A stretch of DNA of 64,000 nt, taken from assembly GCA_963666965.1 (NCBI GenBank), contig OY762939.1, positions 1,235,287-1,299,286 on the forward strand, read 5' to 3'. This DNA comes from Endomicrobiaceae bacterium (GTDB lineage: Bacteria > Elusimicrobiota > Endomicrobiia > Endomicrobiales > Endomicrobiaceae). Positions 10,117 through 18,438 of this stretch are shown here, one piece after another. The translations under genes and the position numbers were made by a program. Below the pieces are notes generated by a model. That model was not told where the DNA came from and made no database searches. It saw only the letters and a program-made list of their open reading frames with translations. The stretch's first letter is position 1, and every line of letters starts with the position of its first letter.

Positions 10117-11058
10117 ATGAAAAGAACAACTCTTTTTAAGTTTTTAAGCATAACAGTTGCACTGATTTTTTCCTTGGGTATATCTGTTATAATTTTATGG
10201 AAATTTAATTATAAGAATGCAGATTCCCGGCAGTTAAAAGGAGAATATGTTGATAAAAAAAATCATATTCATGACCCTGACTTTGAATATCCGTTATTAA
10301 AACCTAATAAATCATATAGCTGTTTTTGTTTTATCGGCAATCAACTAATCTATAATGTAAAGTATGGCATCGACGAAAATTCCTTCAGAAAAGTAAAATA
10401 CGATACTGCAGGCACGGAAATGTTTATATTTGCCGGATGTTCTTGTATGTTCGGTGAAGGATTGGAAGACGATCAAACTATTCCTTACTGTTTTTCTGAG
10501 ATGAATTCCTATAAAAATAAAATTATAAATATGGGATATCCGGCAACCGGAACTCATCATGTTTTAAAATGGTTAGAATCTGAGAAAATGAAGAAACTGT
10601 CCTGGGTTAAACCAAAGTATATAATATATCTTTTTATGGATGATCATATTTTCCGAGCATACGAACAACAGAAAATTTTTACCGTTTTTTATGAAGAAAA
10701 CGGTAAAATTTTTGAAAGAAAAAAAACAAAAGAAGAACCATGGTCAGGAGACTATTTAAATTCAAATATAAAGTCCTCAAGGATAATATATAAAGATAAG
10801 GCAAAAGATTTTACAATAAAATTAATAGCTGAAATAGATAAAATAGCAAAAATGGAATATAAGTCTAAATTTCTTCTGGTTTTATGGCCCGGAGAACTCT
10901 CGGACAGCATTTATGCCAAATGCTCTGAACAAAATATAGATGCTTTAAAACTTAAATTCGATGATATTACAAAATATATAATACCTGATGACGGCCATCC
11001 TAACGCAACAGGAGCTCAAGAAACAGCAAGGCAAATATATGAATATATTTCAAAATAA
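10117..11058 (+). CDS. membrane-anchored SGNH/GDSL-like hydrolase or acyltransferase (tentative)
   Basis: The ATG is 1 nt after the paralog 3 stop. N-terminal TM helix. Candidate block I is FAGCSCMFGEG, block II is NMGYPATG and block V is DDGHPN (DxxH). Confidence 0.45.
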   Translation: MKRTTLFKFLSITVALIFSLGISVIILWKFNYKNADSRQLKGEYVDKKNHIHDPDFEYPLLKPNKSYSCFCFIGNQLIYNVKYGIDENSFRKVKYDTAGTEMFIFAGCSCMFGEGLEDDQTIPYCFSEMNSYKNKIINMGYPATGTHHVLKWLESEKMKKLSWVKPKYIIYLFMDDHIFRAYEQQKIFTVFYEENGKIFERKKTKEEPWSGDYLNSNIKSSRIIYKDKAKDFTIKLIAEIDKIAKMEYKSKFLLVLWPGELSDSIYAKCSEQNIDALKLKFDDITKYIIPDDGHPNATGAQETARQIYEYISK

Positions 11059-11134
11059 ATACTTATAAAAATTAAGATAGCTTTTATCCCGTTTGTTTTT
11101 TGGGGGGATTAAAGTCCTTCTGATTTAGTTGTTT

Positions 11135-11255
11135 TTTATTTGATAGTTAAGAAAGAAAATTTTAAAATTTGTTATATTATGCTATGTTGTATCAGATTTG
11201 CAATGTTAAAATTAATTTAACGGTACTTTTTTATAATAAAATAAAATGATAAAAT
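11135..11255. repeat. direct repeat copy 2 (downstream flank of the radical SAM cassette)
   Basis: See copy 1. The core is 11201-11255. The -10-like hexamer tataat (11232-11237) replaces tatcat of copy 1. There is a ~20-nt insertion relative to copy 1 in the left part. Confidence 0.75.
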
Positions 11256-11293
11256 CTCAGTTGCCAGGTTAAGATGAGTTATGCGGAGTTGTA

Positions 11294-11806
11294 ATGTTTA
11301 CATTAAAACTATTTAAAAAAATTATTGTTTTGTTTCAGTCTGATATTTCACCTGATCAGATAGCATGGGGATTTGCGCTGGGAGCTATTTTAGGTCTTGT
11401 GCCGGGCGTATTTATGAAAATGATTTTGTTTATCGTTATTATGATATTCAGAGTAAATTTGAGTTCTGCTTTTCTGGCCGCTGCATTATTTGCAATTATC
11501 GGGTTAGCTATAGATCCGCTGCTTGATAAAATCGGATATGTCTTTTTGGTCAATTTCGGCTTTTTAAACTCAATTTATACATGGTTGTATAATCTGCCGG
11601 TGGTTCCGTTTACAAAATTTAACAATACAATAGTTATGGGAAGTCTTATAACCGGTATTGTTTTAATAATTCCGAACGGAATTTTGGCAAAAAAACTGCT
11701 TGTTTATTACAGGCAGAATTATAAAGATAAAGTTGCAAATTTAAAGATAATAAAATTTATTGATGCCGTCATGGGCATAACGACTGTTATAAATAAAACA
11801 AAATGA
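11294..11806 (+). CDS. DUF2062-like small integral membrane protein (TIGR03546-like, from memory)
   Basis: 170 aa. Contains SPDQIAWGFALGAILGLVPG, typical of DUF2062-type proteins. Its stop overlaps the start of the next gene. Confidence 0.55.
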   Translation: MFTLKLFKKIIVLFQSDISPDQIAWGFALGAILGLVPGVFMKMILFIVIMIFRVNLSSAFLAAALFAIIGLAIDPLLDKIGYVFLVNFGFLNSIYTWLYNLPVVPFTKFNNTIVMGSLITGIVLIIPNGILAKKLLVYYRQNYKDKVANLKIIKFIDAVMGITTVINKTK

Positions 11807-13620
11807 AAATCATAAGATTAAATTTCATACTTCCTGCGGTAATAGTAATAGCGCTTATAACGGCTTTTAATATACTGTTTTTTGACGTTATTTTGAAAAA
11901 AGCGTTTATTGCAACGGGGGAAATGATTTTCGGCGCAAAAGTTGAGGTAGCTTCTCTTAAAACCAGTTTTATTCATTTATCGCTTGAAATGACAGGTTTA
12001 AAATGTGCAGACAGGAATGATTATTTTAAAAATTTAATAGATATAGACCAAATAAAATTTCAGGCAAAATTTGCTCCGCTTCTTAGAAAAAAAATAGTTA
12101 TAGACGAAATGTCTGTCGCAGGCTTAAAATGGGGAACGGAAAGAACAACTTCAGGAAAACTACCTCCTAAGAAAGAAAAGAAATTTGAAAAGAAAAAGAA
12201 AAAAGACGGAATGTTTTCAAAGTTGTTTGACGGCGCTAAAAATAAAGCTGAGGCGGAATTTAACAATCTGCCGGCCGTTGACGCTTTTGCAAAAATAGAA
12301 GACCAGACGAAAAATTTTGACGTCAACAATCTTATAGCTGCCGCCGATTTGCAGTCGCTTAACGAGATAAACAGGCTTTCTGCCGAAACGGAAGCAAAAT
12401 ATAACAGTTATAAAGAAAAGATATCAGGATACAAAATAGAAGAAAAAATAGAAGAAACAAAAAACCTGATTAACGATATTTCAAAAACTAAATCTTTCGG
12501 ATTAAGCGATATTTCAGAATCTGCAAAAAAGATAGAAAAACTGAAAGAGAATAAGAAAGAACTTGAAGGTATGCTTAGAGATTTGAACAATGCGAAAAAA
12601 GATTTGACCGATACCGCAAACTTTACAAAGCAGATTCAGGGCATGATAAATAAAGATATCGATAATCTCTCTTCAAAAGTTGCTTTACCAGGACTTGATA
12701 CAAAAAATATTTCAAGAATACTTTTCGGACAGCAGTGGATTAACAGGACAGATAAAATAATTTATTATATGTCGCTCATAAAGAAATACATGCCTGAGAA
12801 AAAAGCAAAAGAAGAAGTGAAAGAACGCAGTAAAGGAAGAGATATAATATTTAAGCAAAAATTATATCCCGATCTGCTTATTTCTAAAGTCAGCATAACA
12901 GGCACAACTGCAAAAAATACAAAGACGCAGGGCATAGAATTTTCAGGTTTTATAAAAAATATCTGTTCTTCACAGGATATGATTGGTGCGCCAACGACTC
13001 TTGAAATCAAAGGGAACGACGGAAGCCGGTCAATTTTTATAGAAGGTCTTTTTGATTACAGAGCAGGCGCATCGGATAATATAATTAAGATTACGCTGAA
13101 AGGTTTGTCAGGGGGGATTTTAAATATTCCGGAAAACAATTATCTGCCGCTTGTTAATACGGCGGATATGGATTTCAGCGGCACATTCAGTTTAAAAGGC
13201 GATAGATTTTTATGTTCAGCCGATATGAAATTTGACGGTATTAAGGAAAAACAGCTCCCCGAAGATTCTGCGATGAAATATATTGTAAAAATAACAAATT
13301 CAATAAAATCCTTTTCTGTTGCGGCAAAAGCCGGAGTTAACGATCAAAATGAATCTGAATTTAACATTACATCCGATATAGATAAAAAAATATCAGATGC
13401 GGTTTCTCAGTTGTTTTCTGCTCAGATTGCAGAAGTTAAAGAAAAAGCAAAAAATGAAATTAATAAAATGATACAAGAGAAGCAGAAACAGCTTGGAGAG
13501 AAATTGGGTGCGGATAAAGATTCGTTGTTAAAGGATATTAACTTAAAGACTAAATCCATATCTGATATAACGGAATCGGTAAATAAAGCCGTTTCTAAAC
13601 CATTCGGAAAACTGTTTTAA
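11803..13620 (+). CDS. large membrane-anchored, coiled-coil-rich protein (TIGR03545/AsmA-like partner, from memory)
   Basis: 605 aa with an N-terminal TM helix and Lys/Glu-rich central helices. Translationally coupled (ATGA) to the preceding small membrane protein. Confidence 0.45.
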   Translation: MKIIRLNFILPAVIVIALITAFNILFFDVILKKAFIATGEMIFGAKVEVASLKTSFIHLSLEMTGLKCADRNDYFKNLIDIDQIKFQAKFAPLLRKKIVIDEMSVAGLKWGTERTTSGKLPPKKEKKFEKKKKKDGMFSKLFDGAKNKAEAEFNNLPAVDAFAKIEDQTKNFDVNNLIAAADLQSLNEINRLSAETEAKYNSYKEKISGYKIEEKIEETKNLINDISKTKSFGLSDISESAKKIEKLKENKKELEGMLRDLNNAKKDLTDTANFTKQIQGMINKDIDNLSSKVALPGLDTKNISRILFGQQWINRTDKIIYYMSLIKKYMPEKKAKEEVKERSKGRDIIFKQKLYPDLLISKVSITGTTAKNTKTQGIEFSGFIKNICSSQDMIGAPTTLEIKGNDGSRSIFIEGLFDYRAGASDNIIKITLKGLSGGILNIPENNYLPLVNTADMDFSGTFSLKGDRFLCSADMKFDGIKEKQLPEDSAMKYIVKITNSIKSFSVAAKAGVNDQNESEFNITSDIDKKISDAVSQLFSAQIAEVKEKAKNEINKMIQEKQKQLGEKLGADKDSLLKDINLKTKSISDITESVNKAVSKPFGKLF

Positions 13621-13655
13621 ATCTGCCGGAAATCTCTTAATCTTAAATAAAAATA

Positions 13656-14036
13656 ATGAAACCAATCAAAGTAATATTATCACTTTTTTTTATAATAGGT
13701 CTTAATTTCGGATGCCAGGCGGCAGTTAAGACGTTAAATATAAATTTTCCTGCTCCGTTAATAGGCATGATATGTTTAAGCGTTTTAATGTATTTTAAAA
13801 TTATTCCTCTTGATTTTGTGGAAAGCGGGGCAAAACTTCTTTTAGATCATATAGGGCTTTTTTTTGTGGCGCTTCTTGTAGGGGCATTCGGCTATCTGCT
13901 TATTATAAAAGACAGGCTTGTCATAATTTTTGAAATTTTTGCCATTACCTCGGTGCTTTTGATAATAGTTACCGGACTTTTGACGCAGTATCTTTTGGCT
14001 CAGAGAGTTTGTAAAAAAAGGAAATTGAAAAGGTAA
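13656..14036 (+). CDS. lrgA: CidA/LrgA family holin-like protein
   Basis: 126 aa, 4 TM. Size, hydrophobic pattern and pairing with an LrgB-like gene 3 nt downstream support the call. Confidence 0.7.
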   Translation: MKPIKVILSLFFIIGLNFGCQAAVKTLNINFPAPLIGMICLSVLMYFKIIPLDFVESGAKLLLDHIGLFFVALLVGAFGYLLIIKDRLVIIFEIFAITSVLLIIVTGLLTQYLLAQRVCKKRKLKR

Positions 14037-14039
14037 TAT

Positions 14040-14729
14040 ATGGAAAATTTGTTTTTTCAAATACTGATAATAATAACAACAATTGCGATATACGCTTTGA
14101 GTCTTAACTTCAAAAAAGTTAAGTATATAAAAGCTGTTCCTCCAAGCATTTTATGCGCGTTGATAATTTATATTCTCCTCGGCGTTTTAAAAATAGATTT
14201 CCATGTTTATAATGAAGGCGGCCAATTTTTTACATTTTTGCTAGGGCCTGCTATAGTCGCTTTATCGGTGCCGCTTATAAAAAACATAAAAGTACTTGAA
14301 AAAAATTATCAGGTAATATTAACGGCGGTTTGTATTTCCAGCTTGTTTGCAATATTATCCGTTATAGGCGTGGCAGTTATTCTAAAAGCAAATAAAGATA
14401 TTCTTTTATCAATGGTGGCAAAGTCCGTAACTACTGCGGTTGCAATTGAAATTACGGATATGTTGGGCGGCAAGATTGAAATAATCGTTCTGATAACGGC
14501 TTTGTCAGGAATGTTCGGCGCCATATTCGGACACTGGATATTAAAAGCCATAAATATAAAAAATAATTTCTCGATAGGCGTGGCTATAGGATCTGTCAGT
14601 CATGTTTTGGGGACTGCAAAATGTTATGAAGTAAACCAGCTTCAGGCAGGAGTCAGCAGCGTTACTCTTGTTTTATCATGCATAACTACGGCAATTTTTG
14701 CTCCTCTTATAATAAAACTGATATTTTAA
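14040..14729 (+). CDS. lrgB: LrgB/CidB family membrane protein
   Basis: 229 aa polytopic protein. LrgB-like segments SVTTAVAIEIT and GSVSHVLGTA. Confidence 0.7.
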   Translation: MENLFFQILIIITTIAIYALSLNFKKVKYIKAVPPSILCALIIYILLGVLKIDFHVYNEGGQFFTFLLGPAIVALSVPLIKNIKVLEKNYQVILTAVCISSLFAILSVIGVAVILKANKDILLSMVAKSVTTAVAIEITDMLGGKIEIIVLITALSGMFGAIFGHWILKAINIKNNFSIGVAIGSVSHVLGTAKCYEVNQLQAGVSSVTLVLSCITTAIFAPLIIKLIF

Positions 14730-14743
14730 AAGGAATTGAATAT

Positions 14744-15508
14744 ATGAATGAGGTTATTTCAATTAAAAATATTTCCGTACAGCGCGGCGGAAAACAAATA
14801 TTAAAAAATATCAATTGGACAACGCATATCGGTGAAAATTGGTTTTTGATGGGGGAAAACGGCTCGGGAAAAACTACTCTTATCGAAATACTTGTCGGTT
14901 ATTTGTGGGCACAAGAAGGCAACGTTTCAATAATGGGCGAAAAATTCGGGCATACAAATTTACGAGACTTGAGAGCAAAAGTCGGTTATGTTTCATCCTG
15001 GATTATGAAAAGAATACCTAATTATGTTCTTGTTGAAGATGTCATTGCTTCCGGAACTGACGCATCAATAGGGAGTTTCAGAGAGAAACCCGAAAATCTT
15101 ATAAATGCCGTAAAAAATAAACTTGAATTCTTTAAATGTTCTGAACTTATCGGCCGCAAATTCGGCACGCTGTCATCAGGCCAGCAGTTAAAATGCATTC
15201 TGGCAAGAGCAATGATAAACGAACCGAAACTTTTGATTTTAGATGAGCCTTTTTCTCTTCTTGATGTCGGTTCCAGAATAGATATGTATGAGCATATAAC
15301 AGAGCTCAGCAAAAATGTATCAGCGCCCCAGATAGTTATGGTTACTCATCATAAAGAAGATATAATACCGGTATTTACGCACGGAATTATAATTAAAAAC
15401 GGTAAAACTGGCGTTCAGGGTTTTAGAGAAGATGTTTTAAATCCGTCTGTTTTTGCAAAAATGTTCGGAATAACCGCAAATAATTTTGAAAAATATTTCT
15501 CAAAATAA
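14744..15508 (+). CDS. orphan ABC transporter ATP-binding protein
   Basis: Walker A GENGSGKTT, signature LSSGQQ, Walker B LLILDEP. I moved the start to the ATG at 14744 (MNEVISIKN), because the track ORF start overlaps lrgB. Confidence 0.75.
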   Translation: MNEVISIKNISVQRGGKQILKNINWTTHIGENWFLMGENGSGKTTLIEILVGYLWAQEGNVSIMGEKFGHTNLRDLRAKVGYVSSWIMKRIPNYVLVEDVIASGTDASIGSFREKPENLINAVKNKLEFFKCSELIGRKFGTLSSGQQLKCILARAMINEPKLLILDEPFSLLDVGSRIDMYEHITELSKNVSAPQIVMVTHHKEDIIPVFTHGIIIKNGKTGVQGFREDVLNPSVFAKMFGITANNFEKYFSK

Positions 15509-15522
15509 AAAGGGTAAAAAGC

Positions 15523-16092
15523 ATGTTTAAAAAAATTATCAAACTGATTGTTGTTTTTTTAACAGGCTTAATTATTATTACAGGTTTATATTTTTCATAT
15601 AACTGGATTACTGGCAATTTCCATACTGTTAGCGCAAAACAAGCATACAGATCAAAGCAACTAAGTAAGAAACAGTTGGAGCATTACATAAAAAAATATG
15701 ATATTAAAAGTGTTCTAAATCTGCGTGGAGCCGAACCTGGAATCAAGTGGTACGAAGATGAAACAGCCATAGGTAAAGCATATGGAGTAGAGTATTATGA
15801 TGTGGGAATATCCGCTATGGTTTTACCGGAAGATAAAAATATGTCCGAAATAATAAATATTTTGAAATCAGCGCCAAGACCCATTCTTATTCATTGTCTT
15901 GGAGGCGCAGATCGAACAGGACTTGTTTCTGCGATATGGAAAATTGTGATAGACAAAGAATCAAAAGAAGAAGCTTCAAAACAACTTTCTGTATTTTACG
16001 GACATATGCCGTTCGGAAAAGCAAGAGCCATGGACAGATGGCTTGCTACACACAATATAAATTCCGATACAGATGAAATTACAAAATTTTAA
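15523..16092 (+). CDS. membrane-anchored Cys-based protein phosphatase (CX5R)
   Basis: N-terminal TM helix. Active-site motif HCLGGADRTG (HCX5R-T/S). Confidence 0.65.
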   Translation: MFKKIIKLIVVFLTGLIIITGLYFSYNWITGNFHTVSAKQAYRSKQLSKKQLEHYIKKYDIKSVLNLRGAEPGIKWYEDETAIGKAYGVEYYDVGISAMVLPEDKNMSEIINILKSAPRPILIHCLGGADRTGLVSAIWKIVIDKESKEEASKQLSVFYGHMPFGKARAMDRWLATHNINSDTDEITKF

Positions 16093-16163
16093 AACAACTG
16101 CAAATCACGCCGGAAGTTTTTAATAATAAATACCGGAATAAAAATATTGTTTTTTATAAAAGG

Positions 16164-16192
16164 TTGATAATGTTTTTCTCATTTGCTAAAAT
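16164..16192 (+). promoter_or_regulatory. sigma70-like promoter candidate for ablAB
   Basis: TTGATA (16164-16169), a 17-nt spacer, then TAAAAT (16187-16192), about 100 nt upstream of the ablA start. Confidence 0.4.
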
Positions 16193-16292
16193 ATCGTCGC
16201 AGGTTCAAATAAATATCTGAAAAAGATTCTGGCGAAATAATATATACAGTCTCTGAATTAAAAAAAACTTACCAAAGTAAGAGGGAGGTCTT

Positions 16293-17603
16293 TTGATTTT
16301 TACTACAAATCAAGAAAAAATAACAAAAAGAATTAAAAAAACAAAATGGGAAGATTGGACGTGGCAAATAAAACACACTATCAAAACTCTTAAACAATTT
16401 GAAGAACTTACAGGTATCAAATTTGCAGAAGAAGAAAAAAACATTCTTGAAGAAACAATCAGAAAATTTCCGCTCAGTATTACGCCTTATTATTTATCAT
16501 TAATAGATTTAAATAATTATAAAAATGATCCGGTTTATTTACAATCGTTTCCGTCTCCTAAAGAAATGGATATTTGTCCTCATGAAATGAGTGATCCTCT
16601 TTCTGAAGATAAAGATTCTCCTGCGCCTTATCTTACGCACAGATATCCGGACAGAGTTCTTCTGCATGTCAGTAATTTATGTTCAATGTATTGCAGACAC
16701 TGTACAAGAAAAAGAAAAGTCGGTGACAGAGATTCTATTCCCGGTTTTGAAGAACTTGAGAAAGCTTTTAACTATATAGAAAGTAACAGTAAAGTTAGAG
16801 ATGTTCTTCTGTCAGGAGGAGATCCTTTAATGCTTTCCGATGATTATTTGGATAAGATATTGAACAGAATATCTCAAATTCCGCATGTTGAAGTTATCAG
16901 AATCGGAACGAGAATGCCGGTCGTTCTCCCGTATAGAATTACAACAAAGCTTATAAAAGTTTTAAAAAAGTATCAGCCTCTTTATATCAATACTCATTTC
17001 AATCATCCGAGAGAAATGACTTTTTCTGCCAGAAAAGCATTATCAATGCTTTCAAACGCAGGAATAGTTCTTGGCAATCAGTCGGTGTTATTATCGGGCG
17101 TAAATGACTGCCCAAGGATAATAAAAACTTTATGCCAAAAGCTTGTACAAAACAGAGTGCGTCCTTATTATCTGTATCAATGTGATTTATCCGAGGGGCT
17201 GACTCATTTTAGAACTCCGATAAATAAGGGAATTGAAATTCTTGAAAGTCTGATAGGTCATACTTCGGGCTTTGCAAGACCGACATACGTTATTGATGCT
17301 CCGGGCGGAGGGGGAAAAATACCGGTTGAACCTAATTATGTAATTTCGCACGGAACTAACAAAGTAATATTACGCAATTATGAAGGAATTATCACAACTT
17401 ACAAAGAGCCTGATTCGTATGAAGCAACTTTTTGCGACAGAGACTGCATTAATTGCAAACTTCAGTTAAATCTTGAGGAAGCAAATAAATTTTCCACTAT
17501 AGGTATAGAAAAATTGTTATCGGATACCGATAAGACAATATCTCTTATTCCGAGTATTAACCAGAGAATAAAGAGAAGGAAACAAATTAAAAAAGATCAA
17601 TGA
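16293..17603 (+). CDS. ablA: lysine 2,3-aminomutase (radical SAM, PLP)
   Basis: RBS gagggagg followed by a TTG start. The [11 protein letters not shown] cluster motif and full-length (436 aa) KamA architecture are present, with YYLYQCD and GGGGK motifs. Confidence 0.85.
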   Translation: MIFTTNQEKITKRIKKTKWEDWTWQIKHTIKTLKQFEELTGIKFAEEEKNILEETIRKFPLSITPYYLSLIDLNNYKNDPVYLQSFPSPKEMDICPHEMSDPLSEDKDSPAPYLTHRYPDRVLLHVSNLCSMYCRHCTRKRKVGDRDSIPGFEELEKAFNYIESNSKVRDVLLSGGDPLMLSDDYLDKILNRISQIPHVEVIRIGTRMPVVLPYRITTKLIKVLKKYQPLYINTHFNHPREMTFSARKALSMLSNAGIVLGNQSVLLSGVNDCPRIIKTLCQKLVQNRVRPYYLYQCDLSEGLTHFRTPINKGIEILESLIGHTSGFARPTYVIDAPGGGGKIPVEPNYVISHGTNKVILRNYEGIITTYKEPDSYEATFCDRDCINCKLQLNLEEANKFSTIGIEKLLSDTDKTISLIPSINQRIKRRKQIKKDQ

Positions 17604-18436
17604 AACAGGATATAGTAGAAACTATCTGCAATTCAATTGTTCAGCACGGAAAAAACAGCGACCGTGTGTATATAATGAAAATCGGCACTAAAAATACGGC
17701 CGGTTTAATAAAAACAGTTAACGAATTGGCGGAAAAAAATAATTATTCAAAAATATTTGCAAAAATTCCATCTGCAATGCTTGATGAGTTTTTAAAAGAC
17801 GGATATGTCAGGGAAGCTTTTATAAAAGGATACTACAACGGAAAAGAGGATGCTTTTTTACTCGGCAAGTATTTACACAAAGAACGTTCAGTACTAAAAA
17901 ATAAGTTTGAAATAGAATCAATTATTTCAACGGCAAACAGTAAAAAAAATACTTTGCCTTCACAGATTAATAAACAATATAAAATTATTATATGTTCTAA
18001 GAAACATTCACGGGAAATGGCGGATATATATAAATTAGTTTTTAAAAGTTACCCTTTTCCTATACATGATCCGAAATACATAGAACAAACAATGGATGAT
18101 AATATAATATATTTCGGGGCCGTGTACAATGACAAAATTATAGCATTATCTTCTTCGGAAATGGATAAACAGGCGCAAAGCGTTGAAATGACTGATTTTG
18201 CCACAGTTCCGGAATATTTAGGAAAAGCGACTGCTCTGCACTTATTAAAAGAAATGGAAAAACATATGATTGGTAATAAAATTATTACATCATATACGAT
18301 TGTGCGTTCGGAATCTGCCGGAATGAATATTACTTTTGCCCGAAACGGCTATGAATACTCGGGAACACTGATAAACAATACCAACATTGCAGGCAAAATT
18401 GAAAGTATGAATGTGTGGTATAAAACTCTTAAATAA
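17600..18436 (+). CDS. ablB: beta-lysine N6-acetyltransferase-like GNAT
   Basis: ATGA overlap with ablA. 278 aa with a C-terminal GNAT fold. The N-terminal [15 protein letters not shown] resembles the AblB family. Confidence 0.65.
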   Translation: MKQDIVETICNSIVQHGKNSDRVYIMKIGTKNTAGLIKTVNELAEKNNYSKIFAKIPSAMLDEFLKDGYVREAFIKGYYNGKEDAFLLGKYLHKERSVLKNKFEIESIISTANSKKNTLPSQINKQYKIIICSKKHSREMADIYKLVFKSYPFPIHDPKYIEQTMDDNIIYFGAVYNDKIIALSSSEMDKQAQSVEMTDFATVPEYLGKATALHLLKEMEKHMIGNKIITSYTIVRSESAGMNITFARNGYEYSGTLINNTNIAGKIESMNVWYKTLK

Positions 18437-18438
18437 GA

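Noticed and set aside
4486-11170. Calling the rSAM cassette a mobile element or genomic island.
   Set aside because: No integrase, transposase, tRNA-adjacent att site or terminal inverted repeats are present. The only support is the flanking direct repeats and an apparent AT-richness judged by eye. It is therefore reported as a finding, not as a mobile_element feature.
16093-16292. A possible lysine (L-box) riboswitch upstream of the lysine 2,3-aminomutase gene.
   Set aside because: I could not find the conserved L-box helices or core motifs. The region is short, AT-rich and better explained by a simple promoter plus RBS.
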